64,000 nucleotides of DNA from Octopus vulgaris (taxonomy: Eukaryota): NCBI GenBank assembly GCA_951406725.2, contig OX597816.1:21638001-21702000 (forward strand), written 5' to 3'. Positions 39,940-52,398 of this stretch are shown here, one piece after another. Within the stretch, counting starts at the first letter, position 1, and every line of letters begins with the position of its first letter. The position numbers and the translations under genes were made by a program. The notes under the pieces were generated by a model. The model saw only the letters and a program-made list of their open reading frames with translations, did no database searches and had not been told where the DNA came from.

Positions 39940-40360
39940 GGCGCAGGAGTGGATGTGTAGTAAGTAGCTTGCTTACCAACCACATGGTTCTGGGTTCAGT
40001 CCCACTGCGTGACACCTTGGGCAAGTGTCTTCTACTATTGCCTCAGGCCGACCCAAGCCTTGAGAGTGGATTTGGTAGACGAAAACTGAAAGAGGCCCGT
40101 CGTATATATGTATATATATGTATGTGTGTATATGTATGTGTGTGTATATGTTTGTGTCTGTGTTTGTTCCCGCAACATCGCTTGACAACCGATGCTGATG
40201 TGTTTACGTCCCCGTAGCTTTGCGGTTCGGCAAAAGAGACCGATAGAATAAGTACTAAGCTTACAAAGAATAAGTCCTGGGGTTGATTTGCTTTACTAAA
40301 GGTGGTGCTCCAGCATGGCCACAGTCACATGACTGAAACAAGTAAAAGAGTAAAAGAGTA
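39940..40360 (+). mobile_element. SINE family A, full length
   Basis: Runs from the head to the (GTAAAAGA)n tail. Confidence 0.92.
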
Positions 40361-40399
40361 ACCATGCTAGCAAAAAAGACGGCATAGTCATTCGACCAT

Positions 40400-41195
40400 C
40401 ACCACCTTACTAGCTTTGTGTCAACTAAAACTGCTCATCGTCAGCTCTACAAAGCTGCATACCACGAGAGGATTGCAATTGCTAAACTTCTGTCCCTTGC
40501 CAAGAATACTAAACTGGAAAATGTCTTGTCTAGACAATTGGAAACACATAATACTCAATGTCATCCCTAATGAAACCTATACACCCTTTTACCAACTTAG
40601 GGACGAGTTTATGCCTGGATATCGCTCAAAGTAGCTTTCATCTCTGACCGTTTGACTCCTACTCGGAAGCGTAGCAGTGTCTCTGATTATTTGAGCAACC
40701 ACAACACGGAATTCTCCTTGCCTCTTAGTTGTTCTTCATAACAGTTTACGTCAAAGATTATCTGAGTATTTTAGCGGCTTGTGTCTATCCAATGGGACAG
40801 ACACGTTTCCGTGGCTGAAGGGTAATCTTCCAGAACGGTAATGCGAGAATTCACACGGAAAAAGTTATTAAAAATTAGTGCAAATAGTACATAAATGAAG
40901 AAGAACACTTAGATGGATTCCCAAACTCATCGGTTCTTAATATAATCGAACATTTGCGGTACCCTTTCAAGGAGTCAGTAAGAAGCTGTTTTCTGTCGCC
41001 GTGGTCGCCGAGAGAGCTGAAGCAGATTTTACTAAAACATAGGCTAAAATTATAGTAACAACCATTCAAAGCCTGTACGAATCACTTCCTCGACTTAGTA
41101 AATCTGTGATTGATTCCAAAAGTAGACGGATGCCATAACAAATAAGAAAACTTCAATTTAACAAATTGTTTCCATTATTTTGTACTTCTATTGTA
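40400..41195 (+). pseudogene. Decayed Tc1-family (DD34E-type) transposase
   Basis: Manual translation gives VSTKTAHRQLYKAAYHERIA, GRVYAW, KDYLSIL..VYPMGQT, IFQNGNARIHT, PNSSVLNIIEHL (cf. SPDLNIIEHLW) and IQSLYESLPR, with many stops. Confidence 0.8.
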
Positions 41196-41204
41196 TTAAT
41201 ATTT

Positions 41205-41277
41205 ATCAATCAATCAATCAATCAATCAATTAATCACTCAATCAGTCAATCAATTAATCACTCAATCAGTCAATCAG

Positions 41278-41322
<45 letters not shown>

Positions 41323-41340
41323 AATATCTATCTATCTGTA
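41205..41340. repeat. (TCAA)n/(TCTA)n tetranucleotide tract
   Basis: Direct reading. Confidence 0.9.
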
Positions 41341-42314
41341 ATCTCTCTCGGAATATATATAAATAAATAAATATATATATATATATACAAATATGTATAT
41401 TAATATGTATACATAAATTTACCAAGCAAATATGCGCTCGTCCTCACACACACAAGTATATATATACACACACACACAGACATACATACACGCATAAATT
41501 TCCGACTACTTTGCTCAATGTTTCCTCACCACGTATCAGCAACTAGTTACTGACAAATGTGAATTTACGATTTTTAAGACGGTTGTCCAAAGTGCCACGC
41601 ATATAAATTGAAACCGTGACCTCGTGGTGATCATATAGTGGCGAAGTTCGTAGCTATACATCTGTTCACACACCTATATTATATAAAATGGTAATTGTAA
41701 ACAATCAACGTTGCTAAACAAAGAACAGTCAAGAGGTCGTTATAAATTGCAACTGAATATGTGATTAAAGAAAAAGAAGTGATTGATTCTGAAGGTTATA
41801 GAATAAATGTCAGCGAATGAGAAATGTTGGCTAAGATATTTGAATACATCACTCAAGCTAGACAGTCAGAGATCAACTAGAAAGAGCATTGCAATTTCTC
41901 AAGGTGTAAGAAGAGAAGACGATGTCACCATATCTGTTATTGGAAAACGATGCAATGTAAAGAGTTAGCACATATGACTTTCTTTTTTGTGTAAGTGTTC
42001 GTGTGAGAGTGAGAGTGTTCTTGTGTATGTGTGAGAGAGTTCTTTTGTGTGTGAGCGTGCATATGTGTGTTCGTGTGATTGTGTGACTCTCTATATGTGT
42101 GTGTTTGTGTTTGTGTAATGAGAAGCAGCTTAGAAATAGTAACAGAAAGCAATGGCACAATGACATGTAAAAATCTTTTGTTGGGTTTCGATGTTATCGT
42201 GTGATCTCAATATTAAGCTACTAAAATGTTCACATATCAGTTCTCTGAAACTATCATGTTATTTAATATAGAACAGATTAAAATACTCCTGCGTAGAATA
42301 TTTATAGTGTGTAT

Positions 42315-42565
42315 GGCGTAGGTATGTGGTTAAGAAGCTTGCTTCGAAACCATATGCCTACGGGTTCAGTCCCACTGCGCAGCACCTTCAACATAATTTT
42401 TTCTGTTACAACACCGATCTGATTGATATTTTGTGAGTGAATTTGGTAGAAACGGTGCGGAAGCATGTCGGTTTCAGAGATATGTACGTATGTGTGTGTG
42501 TGTATTTGTGGTTGTGTCACGCCGCTTGACAAATGCTGTTAGCTTGTGTACGTGGCCGCAACTTG
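42315..42565 (+). mobile_element. Old SINE family A
   Basis: GGCGTAGG..TGTGGTTAAGAAGCTTGCTT..GGGTTCAGTCCCACTGCG..GTGAGTGAATTTGGTAGA. Confidence 0.7.
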
Positions 42566-42674
42566 AAGAAGACTGAGAGGAGGCTAAATATTGTTACATG
42601 TTAGTTTTAGCTAACAATCTATACTTGTAAACCAACCATATTCATGTTAATCTGGTATAGTTAGAGATATCATG

Positions 42675-42935
42675 TGGAGACGAGTGGCTTAGTGGTTAGG
42701 GTGTTTGTATCATGATCGTAAGATTGTGGTTTCGATTCCTGGACCGGGTGACGCGTTGTGTTCTTGAGCAAAGCACTTCTTTTCACTTTGCTCCAGTCCA
42801 CTCAGCTGGCAAAAATAAGTAACGCTGCGATGGACTGGCGTCCCCTCCAACTGGGGAACAAATACGCCATAGAAACCGAGAAACCAGACCCATGAGCCTG
42901 GCTAGGCTTTAAAAGGGCGCATTTATTATTTATTT
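42675..42935 (+). mobile_element. SINE with head D and tail Y
   Basis: GTGGCTTAGTGGTTAGGG..GACGCGTTGTGTTCTTGAGCAA..CTCCAGTCCACTCAGCTGGC then AGTAACGCTGCGATGGACTGGCGTCCC. Confidence 0.88.
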
Positions 42936-43332
42936 TAGATATATCATACCGCTGTTGCTGTATTCTGTGCAGGGTATCTTAATCTGAATTCGGTAAATTA
43001 CGATAACTAATGCTGGGTTTTCATAAAACAGTCATTACTGAATCATTTGTGTTAAACTCACATATTATCAACGTGAGAAAAATAACTTTTGTCAGCATAA
43101 CTAATAAGAGAAAGTGAGATACATTCATCTAAAACTAACACTTAATTTTTCACGATGCATAACTCAGTAGCGTTTTGTATTAATTAACAAATCTTGTCAG
43201 TAGATTTGAATGTTGTAACATGATTCAACAAAATATGTTTATAAGACTGCCATATAAGTATGGCGATAACTATTAATTTCCAGTAACGCTGCCGTAATCT
43301 CCTTTAGAGAGACTTAGTAATTTTAATATTTC

Positions 43333-43369
<37 letters not shown>

Positions 43370-43371
43370 TA

Positions 43372-43755
43372 CTAGCAGTATCGCCTGGCGTAGCTCGGGT
43401 TTGTTTCGACCCTTTAGAATTGGAATTTTTGTAAAGTAAATAGTTTGCATTATGTAGCTTGTTATTGTCTTTAAGTGAACTTTTTTCTGGTTGAAATACA
43501 CCGAAAATAGCGACACAGCAGTCAAATAATCGTAAAAAATAGGGATTTTCATAGAAAAAAAAGCACCTTTTTGATGTAAATAATTTTGGGCGTTAACATG
43601 GTCCGATTTGAATTGTTTCTGCTACAAAAAGAAGAACAAGCCTCTTCTATCATACGTTCAATTTTGGTCAACTTGCGCCGCAGGGTCTCGGATGAGATAG
43701 TGTTAGTTGAAGGCTACCAAACCTGTCATACACAGACAACTTCAGCTTTATATAT
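43372..43755 (-). mobile_element. Non-autonomous Helitron
   Basis: The minus strand starts ATATATAAAGCTGAAGTTGTCTGTGT and ends in a GC-rich hairpin followed by CTAG then T. Confidence 0.75.
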
Positions 43756-44028
43756 TTGCGTATGGGTTTAAAGAATATTAGCGTATGTGTACATTGGGAA
43801 TATTTCACTGGAAGTGCAATTGTGAGTTTAGATATTTGTAAGTGTATCAAGCGTATGTTTAATATTACATTAATATTTATTGTTATTAACATGCATGCAT
43901 GTATATTTATGTTAATGTACAAAAGACTTGGGTGCTTGCGCTTCTGTTATTAGATACAAGTGTAGAAGCATCAACGTTGCGTTTGTTGTTTCATTTATAT
44001 TTCATAAGTTATACATATTAACGTGTTT

Positions 44029-44330
44029 TATTTCTTTATTACCCACTAGGGGCGACACAGAGGGGACACCACAATACATGGGACATAGAACATTATAATT
44101 AAATTTATGAAGAATGAATTATTACATGAAAATAATGATAATATGAAAGCAATGCTAAAGGCCCCATCCGTTAGCATCACTTACCTCTCCTTTGGTTTTC
44201 ACCGTCACTTGAATGTTCATTCCCAATACGAATACCTTCCATATCCATTCTTACTCCGAAATACTCCTCCATATTTTCCACGAATTCATCGCTCATTCTT
44301 GTGTCTTTCACCTCCCAATTCTCCCTTTCA
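44029..44330 (-). mobile_element. 5'-truncated copy of the ORF1-only non-LTR element, 18-bp TSD
   Basis: Matches about 54207-54510. TSD ATACATATTAACGTGTTT at 44011-44028 and 44331-44348. Confidence 0.9.
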
Positions 44331-44992
44331 ATACATATTAACGTGTTTGAGAATATATGTGTGCGTGTGCCTGCTTGTTAAAAGTGAGATTGCCATCACG
44401 TGCTCGAGTCTATTCATGTTGGTTATATTACAGCGTTAATCTCAACGAATTCAAAGCAAGATGCCACATTTCCTATACGAACAATTTAGAAACTAATACG
44501 AATTTCAGACAGAAGGTAAGTGTGAAGAAGATAATGACAGAGGGGTTTAGAAAGAAGAGAGAATGAATTAACTAGGTGAAATGATAATAGGTGGAAATAA
44601 TTAGAGTAAGTGATAATTTAGAGTAAGAAATATAAGAGATGAAAGGAATGTTTAATAATTGCTGAAGAAGAGAAAGATATGGACATCAATATTAGTAAAC
44701 AAAGATAGACGTTATTAGAAGTATGGGAATAAAAACACTACGGTTATGAATGCAGGCTGTTGATTTGGTATTGAAAGGAAGAAAGCCCTTTCAGTATTCG
44801 ATATTTAACAAGAAAAAGGAAGTTAATTATGAATTAAAAGGACATCAATTTACTTTGAAGTAAATTTATATGTGTTCAGTGATTCTGTAGAAAATACTGC
44901 ATCTTTCATCTTTCGGTCACATTTTTCATCACAAAGCCTCCTCACTTATACAATAATTAAAATACATGTGACTGACTATGATGTCACCGCAA

Positions 44993-45843
44993 CTTCATTT
45001 GGTAATTTAGGAATAAGTATGACAGCAAAAAAAAAAAATTAAAAGAAAACAGTAGCATCATGTCTTTGTTCCAAAGTAGATTGTATGGTTTAGTATTCCT
45101 TAACAGTGTGAAGAGCTTGATCCCAGAGTAGACATCAGCTTATTTGCTTACCTGGTAGAGTTTCGTTTTCATATACCCTTTCACCTGTTCAAGAGTGAGA
45201 GGTTGTATAATTCACCATCTCTTGAATAACTCGGCTGCAAGATTTAAGAAACTCATCTCCATCAAATAATAAACTACCCCAGAGAAAAGGAAGGAAACCG
45301 TTTAATAATGCATTCTTACAGATACAATACTCGAGGAAGGATGTGTATAGGGCTAAGGACCTTACAAATATTTCATTTCAATGCGAGCTGAAGTAGGGCT
45401 CAGTAACAATAAAAGCTTCATTTGGTAATTTAGGAAAAAGTATGACAGCAAAAAAAAATAATAAATTTAAAGAAAACAGTAGCATCATGTCTTTGTTCCA
45501 AAGTAGGTTTTATGGCTTAGTATTCCTTAACAGTGTAGAGCTTGATCCCAGAGTAGACATCAGCTTATTTGCTTACCTGGTAGAGTTTCTTCGTCATATA
45601 CCCTTTCACCTGTTCAAGAGTGAGAGGTTGTATAATTCACCATCTCTTGAATAACTCGGCTGCAAGATTTAGGAAATTCATCTCCATCAAATAATAAACT
45701 ACCCTAGAGAAAAGGAAGGAAACCGTTTAATAATGCATTCTTACATATACAATACTCGAGGAAGGATGTGTATAGGGCTAAGGACTTTACAAACATTTCA
45801 TTTCAATGCGAGCTGAAGTAGGGCTCAGTAACAATAAAAGCTT
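44993..45843. repeat. Tandem duplication, 2 x ~425 bp
   Basis: CTTCATTTGGTAATTTAGGAA begins at 44993 and 45416; the copies are highly similar. Confidence 0.95.
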
Positions 45844-46114
45844 TAACAACAGCAACCACAATAACAAAAACAACAACACGCTATAATAACTAAAGGCGAT
45901 ATAATATGAAATGAAATTTAATCTTTCCTACATATTCGCCAATTTCATTTTCGAGATATATAAGCTGGATACTTCCTGATTATCGATTCGTTATTTCTAT
46001 GAAAAATGATACACCTCTCATCATTTTCTGTTGTTGTTTTTTTTAAATTTGCTCTGAAAGCATTCTGATGTTCTGAGATGTATATAGAACTTATACCATT
46101 AATCATTTAATATA

Positions 46115-46440
46115 GGAGCACTCCGTCGGTTACGACGACGAGGTTCCCAGCTGATACGATCAACGGAAGAGCTTGCTCATGAAATTAACGTGCAAGTGAC
46201 AGAGCAATCCACAGACACGCGTACCCCTAACGTAGTTCTCAGGGAGATTCAGCGCGACACAAAGTGTGAAAAGGTTGGCCCTTTGAAATACAGGTACAAC
46301 TCATTTTTGCCATCTGAGTCAACTGGAGCAACGTGAAATAAAGGGTCTTGCTCAAGGAAACAACGCGTCGCCGGGAATCGAACTCACGACCTTACAATCG
46401 TGAGCCGAATGCCCCAACCACTAAGCCACGCGCCTTCGCT
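46115..46440 (-). mobile_element. SINE with head D and tail X, 12-bp TSD
   Basis: TSD TCATTTAATATA at 46103-46114 and 46442-46453. Confidence 0.9.
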
Positions 46441-46627
46441 TTCATTTAATATACACAGTATTTAAATACCATCTACTTATAGTGTCATGCTGCGGAAGCA
46501 CGGTAATTCGACTAATTTACATATCGTGCCTTGTGTTTCCAAGCAACCCATCAGGCTCCAATACACAGGGTTGTATTCAAACCTTTTGCATCGCTTGAAG
46601 ACACAAAGCACGATACATAAATATACC

Positions 46628-46840
46628 TATTTCTTTATTACCCACAACGGGCTAAACACAGAGGGGACAAACAAGGACAGATATAGGTATTAAGTCGATT
46701 ACATCGACCCCAGTGCGCAACTGGTACTTAATTTATCGACCCCGAAAGGATAAAAGGCAAAGTCGACCTCGGCGGAATTTGAACTCAGAGCGTAGCGACA
46801 GACGAAATACCGGCGTGCTAACGTTTCTGCCAGCTCGCCG
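46628..46840 (-). mobile_element. SINE family B (tail-1), 17-bp TSD
   Basis: CGATACATAAATATACC at 46611-46627 and 46841-46857. Confidence 0.92.
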
Positions 46841-47089
46841 CGATACATAAATATACCGAATGATTGTATACCTAGGGCATGAAATTATTTAGATATTATA
46901 TATATCAAAAATGATATTTATCTCTGACTTGAAAGAGCACTTTCATGTTGAAATTACCTATATCGAAACAGTAGACTATTGAACTTGTACTATATTTATA
47001 TACACAGCTTATATTTTAAATAAAGTGTTTTCTAAAAGTAATTGACTGAAATATATATTAGAACTGGCATTTAGAAAATACTGTTCTAC

Positions 47090-47253
47090 ATTTAAGAGAT
47101 AAGGAATTATGTATATAATTTACATTATCTACATTTGACAGATTTTTGAAGTTACTAAACCATATGCCCACGGGCATATGGCGTAGTGGTTAAGAGCGTA
47201 GGCTACTAAAGCCAAGATTCCGAGTTCGATTCCAGGCAGTGACCTGACTAATA

Positions 47254-47315
<62 letters not shown>

Positions 47316-47440
47316 CACCATCGAGAAATACCAGGTTCGAAATTTCCCCAAGACACCTGATGAAGGCTGGGGGTATATCAGCCAAAACAACAAACAAGAC
47401 GAGGACAAATATCCGTCAAATGTAAATAATGTAAATAATG
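47090..47440 (+). mobile_element. Family E copy with inverted remnants of its own tail and head upstream
   Basis: Inverted tail at 47090-47147, hairpin CCATATGCCC-AC-GGGCATATGG at 47160-47181, tRNA head, (AAT)n, and a hammerhead relic at 47352-47388. Confidence 0.85.
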
Positions 47441-47540
47441 CATTTTAGAAGTTGTGTTATTCATTTTTTTTTTTTTTTACATAATGTGTAACATATAAAA
47501 CAATACGTGGTTGTATTCTGTTAATATGTAAATAAAACTT

Positions 47541-47728
47541 AAGGTGGCGAGTTGCAATTTGGTACGTCTTTACGTTCTAAATTCAAATTCCGTTGGAGCT
47601 CGACATTAATTTTCATCCTTTCGAGGTCGATAAAATAAGTACTAACCAGTTGAGTATTGCGGTTGATGTAATCGATATATCCTACCTCGCCTGAAATTGA
47701 TGGCCTTGCGCCAAAATTTGAAACCAAT
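47541..47728 (+). mobile_element. Old SINE family B
   Basis: Degenerate B body and tail-2. Confidence 0.7.
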
Positions 47729-47838
47729 TAATAAATCACTTTACTGTTTATAATTACTGGATTGCGATTCTTTTGGAACTTCGATTCGCGGATTAGATAC
47801 TGAGCAAACATTTATTTATTAATATGCGCTTGCGCTAA

Positions 47839-48130
47839 AGGCGGCGAGCTGGCACTAACGTTAGCATGCCGGGCGGTATTTCGTCTGTCATTACGTTCTG
47901 AGTTCAAATTCCGCCGAGGTCGACTTTGCTTTTCATCCTTTCGGGGTCGATAAATTAAGAACCAGTTACGCACTAGGGTTGATGTAATCGATTTAATCCG
48001 TTTGTTTGTCTCCTCTGTATTTAGCCCCTTGTGTGTAGTAAAGAAATAGGTATTTCGTCTGCTGTTACGTTCTGAGTTCAAATTCCGTCGAGTTGGACTT
48101 TGCCTTTCATCCTTTCGAGGGTCGATTAAG
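47839..48130 (+). mobile_element. SINE family B dimer
   Basis: Junction AAAGAAATA|GGTATTTCGTCTG at 48048/48049. Confidence 0.88.
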
Positions 48131-48693
48131 TGAGTAGAAGACGTTCTTACTTTCCCGAGCGTCAAACTAATATATCTGCTTGATGTTCATACACCTACCT
48201 TCGTCTTTTGTTTTTCTGTAAATTCCAACTATATATCTATAAATATATACAAGAGGAAATTCCAAAAGAAGGGAAGACGGAGGAAGAAAATCGTAGACGA
48301 TTCACATGTGATAACATGAGTGTGTATGTGTTAGACAGACTGAGAGAGATATTTTGAAACGAATCAACATCAATACAGCGCCGGATTAAAAACCAAAAAC
48401 ACAAAGAGAGAAACATAGTCGAAGTGACTTGGTTTTTCGTCTGTGTAAGAGTGCGCGTACAATAATTGACAAATTCAGACCTTGAAATCAGTATATTAAC
48501 AAATTTAAATCAATTAACGACTATTAATAGTTTTCGGAGTGTGAATAGATGTAAATTTATATCAGGAAATCTGTATGCCATTAAATTTAATTAACAGTCA
48601 TCTTCTCGAAGCATTTTCCTTTAAGAAAATCAGTGGATTCGTTTATGAATTACTGTATTCTCTACGCTTTAGCTTTTACTTGTTGGATGTATC

Positions 48694-49100
48694 CTCTTTA
48701 CTCTTTTACTTGTTTCAGTCATTTGACTGCGGCCATGCTGGAGCACCGCCTTTAGTCGAGCAAATCGACCCCGGGACTTATTCTTTGTAAGCCCAGTACT
48801 TATTCTATCGGTCTCTTTTGCCGAACCGCTAAGTGACGGGGACGTAGACACACCAGCATCGGTTGCCAAGCAATGCTAGGGGGACAAACACACACACACA
48901 AACACACATACACACATATATATATATACATATATACGACAGGCTTCTTTCAGTTTCCGTCTACCAAATCCACTCACAAGGCATTGGTCGGCCCGGGGCT
49001 ATAGCAGAAGACACTTGCCCAAGATGCCACGCAGTGGGACTGAACCCGGAACCATGTGGTTGGTTAGCAAGCTACTTACCACACAGCCACTCCTGCGCCT
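48694..49100 (-). mobile_element. SINE family A, young subfamily
   Basis: Full structure with the diagnostic substitutions. Confidence 0.92.
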
Positions 49101-49577
49101 ATATCTGTATATCTCGTTTCTGATTTTCAGAACCTATCTTGCATGAATATTAAGTTTTCTGTAATATAATAACGTACGATATATAAAATGGCATAATTTC
49201 TCCTTATTGTAGATCATGTACTTCGCTTATGATTTATCTACTGTTAAATATTTTTTCCGCAAACAGGATCACTTATATGTTTCTACTGAGATTTATATTC
49301 CTTTGCAATGGTTACAACATCTGCTGCAGAATACAGTGTTTGGTGTAAAATCACTATGAATTCTTCATGCATTTCATCTTTAGAAATTTCTAAACCAATA
49401 TCGATTAGTTTGATTATGACTCTGGGACTCTAGAGTTTATGCTGTAAAATGTTACTTCTTTAATATATATTTCTTCTAAAATTTCTTCATTCATTTTTTT
49501 AAAAATTGAATTCATGAATTCATTTAAGACGATTCCAATAATTCTTTCCTATAACTATTATTAATAATGGCGGCTAA

Positions 49578-50112
49578 GGCGCCGTGCTGGCAGAAACGTT
49601 AGCACGTCGGGCGAAATGCGTAGCCGTATTTCGTCTGCCGTTACGGTCTGAGTTCAAATTCCGCCGGGGTCGACTTTGCCTTTCATCCTTTCGGGGTCGA
49701 TTAAATAAATACAAGTTACGCACTGGGGTCGATAAAATCGACTTAATCCGTTTGTCTGTCCTCTCTGTGTTTAGCCCCTTGTGGGCAGTAAAGAAATAGG
49801 TATTTCGTCTGTCGTTACGTTCTGAGTTTCAATTCCGCCGAGGTTGACTTTAGCTGTCATCCTTTTGGGGATCGTTAAATAAAGTACCAGTTGCGTACTG
49901 GAGTCGATCTAATCAACTGGCCCCCTCCTCAAAAATTTACGCACTGGGATTGATGTAATCAACTTCATCTTTTCCCCCAAATTTGAGGCCTTGTGCTTCC
50001 AGTGGAAAGAATTTTTGCTAAAGGCGGAGAACCTGGAGACACATTAGCACACCGAGCACAAGGCTTAGGAGTATTTTGTCCCTCTTTGCATTCTGTGTTC
50101 AAATTTCGCCGA
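49578..50112 (+). mobile_element. SINE family B multimer
   Basis: Full tail-1 unit, junction at 49798/49799, tail-2 unit, an extra tail, and a further head fragment. Confidence 0.85.
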
Positions 50113-50964
50113 TATTCTGTTGGTTATTTTAAAATATACAACCATACATTTGATGTTTTTATAGATCATTCATTTGTAGACAGATTTTGGAATTACTTCT
50201 TGAATAAGTTGGTATTATATGTGATATTACCTGAAGAGATTAGTATGGCAATAAAGCGAGGTTTTGAAACCTTAAAATATTCAGGCCTTGTAAATAAATT
50301 TGACAAACACATTTGTTCTTATGTACTTATTTTCACGTTTGTGAACATACTGATATTCACTCTCATTGTGTTCCGTCTCATTGACAAATTGTTTGCGTGT
50401 TAGCTTTTCGATTCTTAGTAGCTGGTTATTGCGCTTCCAATATAACTATTCTGATGATAGATTCAAAATCGAGTTAATGCTGCATATTTATTAGACAGAT
50501 TAAAGCCTTTCTATGTAATGGGTTACTGCGTTTGGCAATAGCTAAGAAGTTTGCCACTGGTGAATTTCGAGTCAATACAAGAAGGAGCAGGTCATTACTA
50601 GCAGGATTATAGCGCCGCAGGAAAAGCCATTGCACTGGGACCTGTAGCATGTGGAAAATATTCCATCAATATTGCACAAATGATGTTGGCATCAATTTTA
50701 AAATTCACCTAAGCTATAAATAATAATGCAAAACCAACGGCCCTATATTCAGCATTGAAACTAGAAACTAACTCTGACTCCCCCTCAGCAAAATAAAATG
50801 GGCTCGATGAGTCTCTGCAATTATAGATACTACTCATATTATAAATATTAAAAAATTAACGAAAGAAATAAACATATATACTGATATTTTAACAAATTAG
50901 CTAAATTAATACTTCCCACCACCAATAAATAATTCATTAAAATCAATGACATTCTAACCTCATA

Positions 50965-51324
50965 AGAAATACTCTGAGCAACCGCCCACTACAAAAATCG
51001 AACTCAAAACAAATAACAACATTACGACACATCTTTACCTCAACCGGCCCAGCTCTCTTTAATGTTATACCAAAATACACCAAAACAGAAACTGATCCCA
51101 TAAAATTCAAAAATTCTCTGGACCAATTCCTCCAAAAATCCCGGGCCAACCTCCAACCCCCGGATATGTCTCCAACAATAATAACTCTTTCCTAGAGTGG
51201 GTCATGGTGTCCCATATATGACCGAGGTATAAATCACGATCTAAAAGAGTTCACCAGGTGGTGCTATTAAGTTAGACATGGCCTGGGCCTATACTGGCCG
51301 AAACCTATTTAAGTTATCTAAGTA
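50965..51324 (+). mobile_element. 3' end of a CR1-group LINE (ORF2 C-terminus and 3' UTR)
   Basis: Translation TSTGPALFNVIPKYTKTETDPIKFKNSLDQFLQK..PPTPGY..NNSFLEW. Homologous to 58471-58809. Confidence 0.7.
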
Positions 51325-52314
51325 TTAACATATTCACAGCAAATCACAGAAAATCACAGCATGCACAGATCAGAATTAAGCTCTTTCTCCCACCCATGAG
51401 AACCCCGGACAACTGACCAGTGTAGCCTTACTTTTAGTTGGCATTAAGCACAAGATAAAAATCTTACAATGAACATTAATTCTTTGATGTGAGGATCGAT
51501 GCAATTGACAATATTTGTAAGTTAATATTCAACCTAATAAAATGTTATAATTTACTAAAAATTTACATATATTCGCAAGCAATATTGCTATCACGAGAGG
51601 AGTTTTGGAAACTAAAATATTATTCTTAATACATGATTTTTCGTTGCAAGTAATTCCGTGTCAATTACTACCGCAATTTTCTCTTCCCTTTAGTTTGTAT
51701 TATCTTACAGATATTTGCTCGGTTTTGCAGTGAATCGATTTTATTGATTTTTCTATCGAACTCTCTAGGCACAACAGCGATGAGCATAGGTACTTTCTAC
51801 TACAGTGATATGTACTTCAAATATAAACATAACAATTACTGTCTTGATTCTACTACAACGAACGTACCTGTATAACAATGTCTGACTATTTACACACAAA
51901 TAGTATAGAAGGGTTGTGCTCATACGCCTGTTATCATGTTGATATATTAACCAATCACTCACATACGCCCTATTGACAAACAGACATTTCAATTTTCTGT
52001 TGTAGAAATGTTAATATGACCAAAGGAAAATAAAAGTCCTCGCTTGTTTATTTAAGCAAATTATTTTCTCTTCAGGAAATATTTTTTAAGCGCCAGAGTC
52101 TATAAGGATTATAATTTCTTTTATAATGCTATTTCTTCTTTGTAACCTTACCGACCTCACTAATTGCGTCTCATTCTGCCCGTCACGCTAGTTCTTACGC
52201 GTTTTCTCTCGCCGCATGGACACACAGACATATTTGTATATGCACATTGTTTATCAATATAAGTGAATAAAGAAGCACGTATAGACATCCATAATCAAAT
52301 AAAAGGGTTTTTGT

Positions 52315-52398
<84 letters not shown>

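Noticed and set aside
39909-40217. Recurrent ORFs such as RRRSGCVVSSLLTNHMV and EDTCPRCHAVGLNPEPCGW seen many times in the track
   Set aside because: These are translations of SINE A and not a protein family.
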